A stretch of 51,737 bases of DNA from Welwitschia mirabilis (lineage: Eukaryota). A program made the position numbers and the translations under genes. The DNA is taken from positions 33,627,155-33,678,891 of the forward strand of contig JBOZIK010000001.1 in the NCBI GenBank assembly GCA_051453625.1, read 5' to 3'. Positions 11,331-24,657 of this stretch are shown piece by piece. The notes beneath the pieces were generated by a model that saw only the letters and a list, made by a program, of their open reading frames with translations, made no database searches and had not been told where the DNA came from. Numbering within the stretch: position 1 is the first letter of the stretch; every line of letters starts with the position of its first letter.

Positions 11331-14300
11331 TCTTCACTGAATATATTTATTCATTTAAAAGACTCCAGTTTCCTCTTATTGGCCATAGTTTTGAATTATA
11401 TTTTAGTGTTAATATTTATTTTCTAAGATGGTTTGCATAAAGTGAAAATAAAGGTCTAGAAAGGCATCAAAAGTAGATACAGGAAAAGATGTTACTTATT
11501 AAAATAGATTTAAGCCTTATTTATCAATTTGAATGAAACTAAAAGATACGTATTGAGGTAAAATTTTTCATTTAATGTTTTCATTTCTTTCTACAAATTT
11601 TTCTTTAGTTCTCAAAAAGATGAAAACTCCCAAGGTTTATAACTCTTTTAAAATATTCCTTTTGATAATACGGTTTTATAAAGAAAATATTTTTGAGAAA
11701 AACACTAATAAAATGAAATTTTGAAAATTTAACTAAAAATTTCAATAATGAAATTAAAGTGAAAATATGAACTTTGTGTATTGGAAAATGATTATTTAAA
11801 CTTAAAATAATAAACATATTTCTTGAAAAACTTCCAAAATGTAAGAAAAATATTTTTGTAGTATATTTTCAAATCATAAAATAGATTTAAAGACATTATA
11901 AATGAAAAGATTCTTTTAAAAGTAAATTTGCCATCAAATAAACTTCAAAGAAATAATTATTTTTTAAGAGCATTTTGACATGCTTTTGCAATAAATAAAT
12001 TCTAAAAATATAATTTCAAGAAAACTTTTTTAAAGAAATAGACTTGATATTTATTAGTGGAATAGGTTTAGACAAACAACAAACATATTCAAATTTTATT
12101 TAAATAACTAAGAAGGGAGTATTTTAAAGGATAAATAGGCAATTCTATTTACTAAAATACAAAAATACCGAAAGAAAACTCTCTTCAAGTTGATAATAAT
12201 GTAAATGAAGTATTAATTAAAAAAATGAAAAAGTAAGAAAAGAACTCATAATCCTACAAAATGAATATGAAGTTTATGTAAAATTTTTGATAAAAAACGT
12301 TGGAGAGCCTTAGGTACAATTTCTACCAAAGACCCTATTACTATAATGGATTCATTTAGAAATACTATCATAAATGACACTCCTAGTACTTTTAATAATC
12401 GTAAAATCAATGTTGATAAACTAAAATGTCTAATTTTTTTATTGGTTTAGTGATGTGCCTATGATTTGCATACCTATTTGATATGCCTCACATCATTAGC
12501 TACGCATTGCACTGGTTTTCATTTGACTTTTTCTCATGCTCTTATAGTTGATCTCCTCCTCCTTAGTTGATTTCTATTATGCCTATTCTACAACTATGAA
12601 TTGTCCATTTTTGCTCACTAATCCTCTTTTATTGATTCTTCATGCATAGTTTATAGCCATCCCAAATCTATACATCTTTATGATGCTATACCTATGATCA
12701 CCTATGACATTATTGTGGTGTTTGCACTCATACTGTACTAACTGCTATCACCAATGTTGTTTTTTTCTTCTGTCACATAGCTCTATTTATGTCTAGTTGA
12801 CCATTACCTTTGCATGCATTATAATCCGATCTCTCCTTCCACCTTATGTTTAGATGCTTGTAAGCCTATCTAGTCACTTCCAACATCCTTATAATAAGTG
12901 CTACCTTTAACTTGCCTATAAGTGCTCTTATAGTCTGCTCCTACTACACCTTTACCACTAGTCATACTTTAGCTAGTTACATTTGTTACATGTTTTTTAT
13001 TATTTTCATGCATTCTTTTATCATGAAGATGATGTTAATGTATTGGTGGAATAGCTTATTTACCAAGGTGGAGGTTGTGTATTTGATTTTTCTTAGTGTC
13101 AAACAAATTTTTTGCCTCCTTATTTTTGCCTTATGCATGCATGTAGTTTTAGTAATCTATTGCTTAGTCATAGTCCATTTTTATGCATATGCATTTAACT
13201 AAGCTATTGCTCAACCATTATCTCTATTTTGTACACATAAATAATTTTTTGGTTTTTAGCTATTTTGAACTACTTTTCACATTTTATTACATTTTTTGGA
13301 TATTTTTCACATTTTTGAGTGTCAAACTTAGTTCTTTAAGATAATTTTCATGCTTTTTAAAGGTTTTAGAATTTTTATAATCATTCTAAGCACTTAATCT
13401 TATTTTTTTTTGCTTTTCTTTTATCAAGTCAAGTTTTGGATGTAGATCAAGATCCACTTGATTTAATTTTATCTTACTTACATCTATTTTTTTGATTTAA
13501 ATAGCTAGGTTAAGTTTCAAATGTTGAGAAAGATCCACTTAGATTAACTATACCAAGTTCGACCCTATCTTTGTATGTGTTTTTGGTGTTCTTCCTTTAC
13601 TTTTCTCAGATTCAAATTTAATTTTTTGTGATTAAGGTTTAAAACTAAAAATTAAATTTTACCCTAAACACATCATATTTTTTACTAGAAATAAGTCTTG
13701 ATTAGTTGCAGACATAAAGAGCCTTGCATAGATAAAGATCCATATTAGGCTATCGTACCCTCTGAGCTTATTATATAGGCTATAACCATCTTAATTATGA
13801 GGTTCATGCCATATAGAGAGTTGTGTCTCTCTTAAGAAGAAATATCCTAGGAACTCCAAGGTTTATATTCCCACATATACCTTGGTAATCAAGGGTGTAT
13901 TAGGTGAAGACTAGAGGCATAGTGGTAGGACCTACTTGGATTTCATCACCAAGTTAATAGAAAGTCATAAGTGTAATTAATTATAAAATTTACTAAGTCT
14001 AAGGTATAAGTATTTCTAACATTATATGATACTTTCCCTTAAAAAGGGTTTACACCTAAGGTAACCAAACTAGCTAATGGCTTGGATTCCCCACTAAGGT
14101 AATTCATATTTTATGTTTTTACTCCGTTAGAAGATAAGCATATCACCCTTGGGAAGGACATGATTACTATCTAGATTTGGAAGAATACTTTAAAATTGAT
14201 AAATCTACATTTTTATCACATAATAATTAAGTCTAGTCCCTTATGTTAAAATTTATCTTATTCACATTAAGAACATGTTAACATAATAAATTTGTTTCTT

Positions 14301-15538
14301 CTCATGTGCATAGGCTTTTTACTATTTAGGGTTAATTTTTATTGGTTCTCATACATTGTGGTCTAGATAGATTACTTAAATTTTTAGGCTTGGTTTTCTT
14401 TCATTGTGAATATACCTATTTATCATGATTTTCCCCCCTATTTATTTACTTTTATTGCATTGTGATTTGGATAGCTTATTTAAACTTGTGTATGAGAGTA
14501 AGATTCCTTTTCCTATGACTATTCTATTGTATTCATTTTTTCCATTATTTAATTCTTTTATGTCTTGATAACGTTTTCTTATGTGTTGGATATAGATCAC
14601 TTTTACTAGTGGATGTGAGCAAGATCCCTCTACAACTAAACTATACCTCATGTTTTGTAAAATCTCTTTTATTTCATCTTCATAATTCATTATGAATTTT
14701 ATGTTGAAAGATAGATTCTAAATCTTTTTAGATAGCTTTATATCCATATAGACTACCAAAATAAGGGCCAACTATAGGGTGAATTTACATTATGATTAAA
14801 GTTAAAATGATTGAAAATGAAGACTTTATGTCTATAATGCATATTTATGGGTTTGATCATGATATTTTTTTGTAATTACATATGCTAATTTTTAGAATCT
14901 AGATGAATAAAATACATGACAAGACATTGATTATAAGCTCATAGACATAATGCATAAATTAATGACCATTTTACATAAAAATTTGATTAATAGAAGAAAG
15001 TTTGGTTATAATAAATATTGTGCTTTATAAGATATATTTTATGCGAATGATGATCTAGAATTAATTAATCTCATAATAAGCATAAATAATAAAATGCGAT
15101 AGCTCATAGATTAGGTGAAAAATATTAAGACAAAGGTTTTTGATATAAATCTAACAAATAAAGCATGCATTCAGTATGTGAAATTGGTTGATTGCTATTT
15201 AGAGGATTCATTTCTTCATAGCTACATTCTATCTCTCCATAAAAGTAATAAACTATTTAATATCAACTCTAGTACACTTAGTAAGGATCTTATTGTCATA
15301 GAAGCATATATTAATTTCATAGGTTCTTTATCCTCTAATGTAGCATCTAAAGTTTCTTATTCTTGTGGATCTCCTTGTCAATATAAATAGTTTTCTAGTA
15401 ACTCTTATTTACAAAAGGTATCACTTCTTCATAAGTGTAAGATTCTACATAAATAAAAAAGTAAGAACTCCAACTAAGCTTAGCCAAATAAAAAGTAAGT
15501 TACATCATACTACTAATTTGAAGAAAAACAAATATTAG

Positions 15539-18500
15539 TGCTCATAATGTAGAAGACAAGATCATACCACAAACTTTTATAGGATACCTTAGGACAAGAT
15601 AAAATATATACTTAATGTCAATGTAATTACTGAAGAATTTTGATCCTTTGATGATGAAAATTTTGAGTTAACTAAAATTTTTAAAAACTCTATCTTTGTG
15701 GGGATGACTGAACGTGTACCTTATAATAAGATGTGAACATTACTTATTGATGTGATTTTTTGATAATTTTATTAAAACACTAAGTTTAGTTTATTTGGTA
15801 GATAAAACTCTATTTATAGTGGAAGGATGTGGTTTAGTTCCTCCTAACTTTACATCACTCTATTCATAGACGTTTTTTCATATTTTATATGTGCCTTCTT
15901 TAAGGTCATATATTTTATTACTTTTCACTATGGTATGGGAAGATCACTTAATTTCTATGATGAAGTACTTAGTAAACATCTATGATTGTAATTGATAACT
16001 AGTATGAAAGGCTACATGTATAGAAAACTTATTCATCTTTATGATTATGTTAGAATATAAGAGATTACTTGCATAGTTTCTCAAGCACGATCTCTCCTTC
16101 ACTACTATGACATGCTCGATTAGGACATCCTAGTACTCATATCATGAATGCAATGCATAAGAATTACCATTAGATTATTCAATTTATTCCATGTGATTTT
16201 TCTTAATGTGAAGTATGTATAATGGATAAAGAAATTTAATAGTGGTTTGCACCAAGTAAGTGATGTGCTGATCAAAAGATTTTACCTATTCACAGTGATC
16301 TATGTGGTCCTATGTCAGTTTTTGCTCTATACATCTTTCATTATTTTATATTTTTTATTAATAAGTATTTCTAAATGACTTGGATGTACTTCAAAAAGTT
16401 CAAATGTTATACTCTAAACATTTTTAAAAAGTTTAAAACTGCAATGAAAAAGTAAGTTAATTATAAGATTAAGGATTTTCACTCAATGGTGAGTACACAT
16501 CTAACTAAATTTAAGGAGTTTATCACTTATACAGAAATTTTTCATTTGAAAACCTTCCCTAAAACACCTCAACAAAATGGAATTATTAAGTGATTTAATC
16601 ATAATATCATGGATATAATTAATTCCTTGATTATTTTAGTGATTATAAAACTTGTCTTTGGTGTAAAGCAATAAATGTAGTCATGCATCTTAATAATTGC
16701 ATTAGTTAATATACTAAAAATGGAGTATCTCCAACTGAGAAGTGGTGTGGGTAAAAGGTAAAGTTACATCACTTTTGTGCATTAGTTGTAAGTTCTATGT
16801 TCATATTTTACATAAAGATTATGATAAATTTAGAGCACATGATTATATTGATATCTTTGTAAGATATCCAAATGACAAGAAGAGTTATTAAGTATATATT
16901 NNNNNNNNNNNNNNNNNNNNNNNNNNNNNNNNNNNNNNNNNNNNNNNNNNNNNNNNNNNNNNNNNNNNNNNNNNNNNNNNNNNNNNNNNNNNNNNNNNNN
17001 NNNNNNNNNNNNNNNNNNNNNNNNNNNNNNNNNNNNNNNNNNNNNNNNNNNNNNNNNNNNNNNNNNNNNNNNNNNNNNNNNNNNNNNNNNNNNNNNNNNN
17101 NNNNNNNNNNNNNNNNNNNNNNNNNNNNNNNNNNNNNNNNNNNNNNNNNNNNNNNNNNNNNNNNNNNNNNNNNNNNNNNNNNNNNNNNNNNNNNNNNNNN
17201 NNNNNNNNNNNNNNNNNNNNNNNNNNNNNNNNNNNNNNNNNNNNNNNNNNNNNNNNNNNNNNNNNNNNNNNNNNNNNNNNNNNNNNNNNNNNNNNNNNNN
17301 NNTCACATAAACATTATGATAAATTTAGAGCACATGATTATATTGACATCTTTGTAAGATATCCAAATGATAAGAAGAGTTATTAAGTATATATTTCAAA
17401 GCATTATAAGAAAATTGTTTCTCATGAAATATTTTTAGGCACTTTAAACAGTTATTCCTAGCTTAATCTTTTAAAGACTTATTCTTCCTCTAAACTAGTA
17501 ATCATCTTAGATGTTTAATATCCTACGGTTGAGAGGGACGATGTAGCCACTAGTCCTACTTTAGTTTCTTTCATTAGTTCAACTTATCTGCAACCTATAA
17601 AAATTAAGTAACTTATTACTTTAAGCATGTTTAATCATGTTTTTAGTAGTAATCTAGTAGGTTTTATGATCAAAGAAGATGATATTACCTATAGATAGTA
17701 TCGTTTTTGATTATAATCTACTCTACAAGATGTTTGTAATAATGAAAAAGATAAAACTAAAACTAAAAGTGGCTCACATACATCTCATGATGATGATGAT
17801 GAGGAGCTCCACTTAACTTTTGATGGAGAATCAACCTCATTTAAAACTTCTATTAAACATGATCGTTGGATCAAGACCATGTAAGAAAAATATAATAGTC
17901 TCTATTAAAATGAACTTAGAAGTTAGTAGACCTTCCATTAGGATGCAAAGTATTACTTAACAAATGGATTTTCCACAATGAATATAATGTGAATATCATA
18001 CTTAAGCAACATAGATCTTAACTTGTTACTATAGGCCTATGATAAAAGAAAGGACTTAACTATAAGAAAGTATATGTTACAATAGTAAAACGGACTACCA
18101 TTAGAATAGTAATTAACTTGGTAGTGAAAAAAAGATGGAAGATTCATCAATTGGATGTAAAACTTTATTTCTTCATAGATATTTAAAAGAACAAATATAT
18201 ATGACATAATAAAATGGTCTTATAAAAAAAAAACAAAGAACATAAGATATGTAGATTGATCAAGTCTTCATATGGGATAAAATAAGCTCCAAAAGTTTAG
18301 CATACTCACCTTGAAAATTCTTTAAGATTTATTGGATTTAAATTAAGGGATTATCAAGATGTGGTTATCACATTATTCATAAAATATAATGGACAAAAAT
18401 CTACATACATAGAAGTACATATAGATGATATGTTGATACCAAAAAGTAATAAAGAAGATATATAAAAAAAGAAAAATTGCATTAAGTAAGGCATTCAAAT

Positions 18501-19850
18501 TCTTGATCTAAATTTGGCTAAATTATACTTAGGTGTAGAAATTATTTAGAAAAATAATGGAATCTTCTTGATGCAAAAGAAGTATATTAAACATGTCTAG
18601 AAGTTTAGACTAGAAGATGCTAAAAAGCTATAATTCCTTTAGAGTGAAAAATGCCAAGATATCTATTGACAAAGACTCATGAATGAAATAAAACATAGAA
18701 GTATAATAGGAAGTTTGATTTATATAACTAACACTAGACTAGACATATTTTATGTTGTTACTATATTATTAAGATATTTTTATGCACATATTACTCATGT
18801 TAATGTTACAAAGAGAGTATTGAGATACCTAAAGAAGATAAAAGAATTAGGTCTCACCTATTAAAAAAACTCTTAATCCATCCTCAAGACATACTCTAAT
18901 TTAAATTTTACTAAAGAAATTAATACCTTATTGCCAATGTTAGGGTACATCATATTCTTAGGAATATCACCTCTATCTTGGTAGTTAAAGCATTACAAAG
19001 TTATAGTACAATCTTATACTAAGTATAAATATATAGCTACTACTAAAGCATGTAGGGAAATCCAATGGATAAAGAAATTATTAGAAGTAGTAAATCTAAA
19101 ACAGACTAAGGTAACTAAAATTTTCATTGATAATTAATTATTAATTTGTATAGTGAAAAATCTAGTACACCATAATAGGATAAAACACTCTCATGTTGGG
19201 GTCCACGAAATTAGAGAACTCATATAGAATGAAATTATTNNNNNNNNNNNNNNNNNNNNNNNNNNNNNNNNNNNNNNNNNNNNNNNNNNNNNNNNNNNNN
19301 NNNNNNNNNNNNNNNNNNNNNNNNNNNNNNNNNNNNNNNNNNNNNNNNNNNNNNNNNNNNNNNNNNNNNNNNNNNNNNNNNNNNNNNNNNNNNNNNNNNN
19401 NNNNNNNNNNNNNNNNNNNNNNNNNNNNNNNNNNNNNNNNNNNNNNNNNNNNNNNNNNNNNNNNNNNNNNNNNNNNNNNNNNNNNNNNNNNNNNNNNNNN
19501 NNNNNNNNNNNNNNNNNNNNNNNNNNNNNNNNNNNNNNNNNNNNNNNNNNNNNNNNNNNNNNNNNNNNNNNNNNNNNNNNNNNNNNNNNNNNNNNNNNNN
19601 NNNNNNNNNNNNNNNNNNNNNAACTAAAATTTTCATTGATAATTAATTATTAATTTGTATAGTGAAAAATCTAGTGCACCATAATAGGATAAAACACTCT
19701 CATGTTGGAGTCCACGAAATTAGAGAACTCATATAGAATGAAATTATTACACTAGTATACTATTCGATCATAGAATAAACTATTAATATCATTACCACAT
19801 CACTTTGTTAAGATAATGTTTATTATTTTGACTCTAAGATTGGATTGATG
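15539..19850 (+). pseudogene. pol: Copia gag-pol relic (zinc knuckle, integrase, RT, RNase H)
   Basis: CS*CRRQDHTTNFY (15539), ILYVPSL (~15880), IHSDLCGPMS (16288), KTPQQNGII (16561), WKIHQLDVKT (~18137), YGIK*APK, VHIDDML (18415), HRSIIGSLIYITNTRLDI (ORF 18679-18864), NLVHHNRIKH. Interrupted by two gaps. Confidence 0.92.
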
Positions 19851-20213
19851 ATGATTTTATTCAAACTCATTTATTTCTTGTACATTATAAGATTTATTTA
19901 GCTTGTGAGTATCTGATTGAAGTTACACCAAATCCTAGTACTATGAAATGTGTAATATAATTATGATCTAATATAGTGGGATGTGTAGCACATGTTTTAG
20001 CCTAAAATTATGGGATTTCTAACACATGTAATAAGACTATTTGGTATGGGATGTGTAGTACTAAATTAACTACTTATTTAATGAAGTGATGTAGTTTCCT
20101 CACACAACAACTCCTTCTAGAGGTTTCATTATAGGCTGCATTGCCAAGGTTTTATTTCTAAGTACTCTATATTTTCCTTAGAAGAAAGTGTATTTCCATG
20201 TTGTAGGGGGAAT

Positions 20214-20379
20214 TATTAATGTTTGTGTATACCATGATTCATGCCTAAGGATATGTAGAAATCCTAATGGTGTCTTGCCTTTATAAGCAATCTCTTCATG
20301 AAATAATAAAGGAGGAGAATCAAAAGATTGATGTTTGGAAATCTTATGATCTTTTCTTAGGTTCTCTTATTCCCTAACA
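20214..20379 (+). mobile_element. Putative short copia 3' LTR
   Basis: Begins tatta (decayed TGTTA) right after the PPT and ends TAACA. Has a TATA-like tttataag at ~20280. Athila LTR homology starts immediately after it. Confidence 0.6.
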
Positions 20380-20977
20380 TAAATGTGGTTATAATCTCTT
20401 AGCTTATATCATGTCATGAGCATACATAATCATGGCATTAGGTGGAGTGGTTTGTTATCTTTTACATTTGGTAAGGATTCTTAAGATGACACTAATACTT
20501 GGCTTCTAAATGTTGATGCTACTACCAATCATTATCATTACTATGTGTTTCTACTACCATCCTACTTAGTAATGCCACATGTCTTTATGACAAGTCTCTT
20601 CTATCACCATCCTGTGTCATGAAGAATGCAATTTAATTCTAATGTAAAATTTAATCAAGCCCATAACTACATTTGATATAATTATCAATGATAAGCTACA
20701 AACATAAGTTTTTCAACATATTAAGCAAAATTACTAATGGTATTAGTGACTTAGATGGAAGTGTTGACATTTGAGCAAGAGTAATATTTAATTTTTAGCA
20801 TGTCCTTCAAGTTAGTATAATTAACCTAAAAATGTCATGACCCATTAATAAGTTCATAATTATTGTGAAATTTAATAAAAGACATGTTTTATGATAAAAT
20901 TAATTTAATTAAAATATTCCATTAATATTAATTAGTCCTTTAACTTAATCATAATTTTTAATTTTTACATGTTAACA
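20380..20977 (-). mobile_element. Host Athila 3' LTR (truncated)
   Basis: Right edge ...ttttacatgttaaca (20977), followed by the PPT (reverse complement ctagttagaagatg). Aligns with 34760-35332, 40260-40845 and 42225-42385. Confidence 0.85.
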
Positions 20978-22289
20978 CATCTTCTAACTAGCATTTTACT
21001 AGTAACTTAGCAAAAAGTTGATAACAAAATGGTTAAACATGAAAAAATCATCTAAATTAAACTTCTAAAATGTGTGAATGATATAAATTTAAAAAATTTT
21101 ATAACAAATGTTTTGCAATTTAGGCATTAAAATGAAAAATTTCAAAGTGAAAATAAGATGTTGTACTACCTAATTAAAATAAACATTGTCCTTAAAGTTA
21201 TATGGTGAAAAACATTTAAGTCATTTAAGAACAAAACCTTAGAATAATGTTTATGTGTTCTTTTATTAAAAATTATTCAAATTAATGTAGCTAATATATG
21301 AAAAGGAAAAGAGTAATTAATGAAAAATGATGCTAAGTAAAAGGCCGATCAATTAAAATAATAGTTTATGCATTATGAATTATTTATCATAAAATGAGGG
21401 ATGAAGTGCAGTGAGGGATGGAGATGGAAAATAAAAATGTATCAAAGGCTTAAATCATTAACTAATGAATTGATAAGAAAACTTATCTAAGTTAATGGAC
21501 TTATTATTTTTGGTATTTTTAAGTGGATCTTGAAATTAATTAAGCACAGTCCCAATCAAGTAATTTATGTAAATTCAAGAAATTGTTAGTGAATTAAAAG
21601 CATGAAAGTCAAAAGATAATACTTATAAAAAGTGTTTAATATCCATATTTTTCATTTCTTTATTTTCTCTTTCTACTAGTGTATATGTCCTTAGTTTAAG
21701 CCTTAGAATTAAATTAAGCATCTAGTGTTATAACATTTTTTATTAATAGATTTAAGAATGTTATTTTATGTAAAAATTACTATTGCATTATTAATAAGCA
21801 TTTATAGCCCTAATGTAGTTGGACATTGTTCAATTGAATCATTAGAGATACATTTCCAATAGGCATACATGGGCCTGATACAATTAAATAAGGCCAATTG
21901 AGTGATTAATGTTATGTGTGATTGGACAAGAGATATATTATTGTTTTGTTTTATTTTTTTTATGTTCTTTGTTATGCACTTCAAGGGTCATTGGTTCATT
22001 ATCCTAATCAATAAAAATATTGTTCCAATATAAGTTGTTATACTTAAGGAATATATATACAAAGGTATTTTTCACCTTTTTAACTAGATTTTATTAAAAT
22101 AAGAGACCTAAACTAAGAGAACGTTTAACCATCACACTTGAAATAAGTGTAATTCTTTCCTAAAAACCCATAAGCATACTTAATTTCAACTATTTTTAAA
22201 GTGATAATGAGATTGCTTATTATTGATGTTTATTTTAAGGGACACTAACATAGGTTAGTAAGTCTTATAAACTCATATGTTATTAGAAT

Positions 22290-23319
22290 GAATGGATGAT
22301 AATGCTTTAGGTGATGTTAATTAGCCTTGAATTGTTAATGATTTTTAGGGTTTTAAATAAGGAATACTCTATTAGAAAAAAAAATTCTTATTAAAAATGG
22401 ATCTTTCCACTTAGTGACTAGGTTTTCTTGAAAAAATATGTAATTATGAGTTATAAAGTAAAACTAGTTCTCCTTGTGAAACATTTTCTTAAGAATGTTT
22501 TAATCATGAAACTTTTTAATCCTTTATTTGTTGATTTTCATGTTTTCTTATGCATTATTTCTAATTTCATTTATTTCATTAATCTATATGATCCTTTTTT
22601 TCTCTTACAAACTCAAAATCTAAGTTCATGTTTTTAATCACATAATACATTTTGTGTTCAAGTCTTATGGGTAGGTAATATGCTTTTCTATGGACTAGCC
22701 TAAATGGTAACATTTCTAAGAGAGTCCTATAAGCGATATGATATGCTCATAAAACATCATTAATTTTAAGAAAGTAATATTTTCTTATTGATTTGACTAC
22801 CATTTTGTGGAATCTTCTTAATTTCCTTGTTTATAACCTTAACTTGGCCACTAGTTTATGGATGGTAAGGCATTGCTAATTTATGAGTTACTCCATAATT
22901 AGTAAGAAAGTTGTTGAATATTCTATTGTCAAAATGTATTCCTTCATTAATAATTAAAACTTACTGATAGTTAAATAGCATTAAGTTATTTTTATTAAAT
23001 AATTTTACTATTGTTTGAGCATTGTTTGATGGATTTATGTATGTCTTAATCCATTTCATCATTAATAAACATAAACAAAAATGTATTGATGCCGATTTAA
23101 TGATGAATAGAGGTCCTAAAAATCAATTCCTCAGATATTAAATGGTTTGACAATGAGAATGGGGTTTAGGAATATCATGTGCCTTCATGAAATAGTTCCC
23201 AATTTTTGATAATTAGCATAAATTTTATAGTAAAGGCTAGAGTCTTTAAAAGTATATAGCCAATAGAAACCAAAATAAAAAATTTTATAGTAGTTTTATT
23301 AGCTCAGTACTGGCCATCA
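22290..23319 (-). pseudogene. pol: Gypsy integrase core and C-terminus
   Basis: GFYWLYTFKD, LNPILIVKPFNI*GIDF, NEGIHFDNRIF, YGVTHKLAMPYHP*TSGQVKVINKEIK, AYRTLLEMLPFRLV, KWKDPF, FKAN*HHLKHY. Confidence 0.92.
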
Positions 23320-24634
23320 TCTTTTTATATAAAAATTGACAATCTAAGAAAGTAAAATGCATTAATTTAGCATAGGAAGAAACATTAAAACATATTTTTT
23401 TTACATATTAATGTTTTTTGCTTTTTATTACTTTTTCATGTAGTTATGGACTTCTCATAACATAAGTAGATTAATTACTCCCTTATGAAGGACTATGTAC
23501 AAATTCACTAAATTCTGGCATTAAACATTGGTGCTGCTGGTGAGAAATACTGGTGTTACTTGCCTTATAAGGAAAACTGCTACAAAACTCATGTTTCTAA
23601 ACCTGTTTAAGGAAATAATCATTCTACACATATGGGCTTAGTTGGACATAAATTTAGATTGAACCTTAAATTCTAGTGATACAAATGAAAAGTATAAAAT
23701 AATACATTGCAGTGACATGTAATACAAACAAGGTTGACTATGTGGAAGAGACATGCCATGGAATCTATTGGAAACATCATCATTCATTTGAAGATATGTT
23801 ATTATTCTCCTTTTACTTCAAAACAAATGAATACTTCTTTATGATCACATGCTAAAAATTGTAACTTCTTCCTTATGTAATCATAGGTAAATAACCTTCT
23901 TTATGTAATCACCACTTGAAATAATCATAACTTAGACTCCAAGCCTTTTAGCATATATAAAGTAATATTAATATCCTATTGTAAACATATTTTGATTGGC
24001 TTAACTTAGGGAAAACTTCAAGTCTATGATGTCATGATGCTTTAATAACCTTTCTTGTGGGTAGAATATCTAAGACTAGTTGAAGAGTTTTTCTTCTTTA
24101 CCTTCTTCATTTGATGTAATGTATGTCTATTTAAGTTTTAATAAAATAATTAGTTTAAATCCTTTTATTATTAATGCATAAAATTATTTGATATTATCAA
24201 TATTCTGATAGGACTAGTTTTAGAATTAGTTTTAATTCTTTCATTATTATTGCATAATTTATTTAGAATTAGAAATATTTAGGTTGGACTAACTCTTAAA
24301 TAGGTTTTCTTCTTTTATTATTATTACATAATTCATTTGGCATTAGTAACTTTTAAGTGGAGCTTACTTAATTATTAAGTTTAAGATACAAGAATCATTA
24401 ATGTAAAGATGAAGAGTTGGGTGAATTAAGTAGACATTTGAAGAATTTTCATTTTCACATATTATCAACTAAATATAATTTTACTTCTCAACTTTAGATT
24501 TTATTTTATTTGATTTTTCATTTTAATTTGTAATAATCATATCAATTTTGTAAAAGTTACCACATACATCCCTATGGATGAACAATTCTAACAATAAAAT
24601 TGAACAAATCTAGAACACTATAAAGCTATGAGTA
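23320..24634 (+). repeat. Element A 5' LTR
   Basis: Collinear with 27631-28940; about 20 differences in one 100-bp block aligned by eye (24101 vs 28401). Ends aaagctatgagta vs aaagctatgatCA. Confidence 0.9.
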
Positions 24635-24639
24635 AATTT

Positions 24640-24657
24640 TGATGCCATTGCTAGGGA
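24640..24657 (+). promoter_or_regulatory. Primer binding site, Athila-type
   Basis: tgatgccattgctaggga vs TGGCGCCGTTGCCGGGGA: 13/18, all transitions, 5 nt after the LTR end. Confidence 0.8.

Larger units (their letters stand above)
14750..20379 (+). mobile_element. Ty1/copia element with a short 3' LTR; 5' LTR not found
   Basis: gag-pol motifs in copia order, then PPT gtagggggaa (20203-20212) and a ~166-bp LTR. The left boundary is approximate. Confidence 0.8.

Noticed and set aside
16808..17396. Near-identical direct repeats flanking gaps (16808-16900 vs 17305-17396; also 6194-6232 vs 6810-6848 and 19113-19239 vs 19622-19748)
   Set aside because: Each pair abuts a gap and the reading frame continues when the copies are merged, so they are most likely unmerged contig overlaps or allelic ends.
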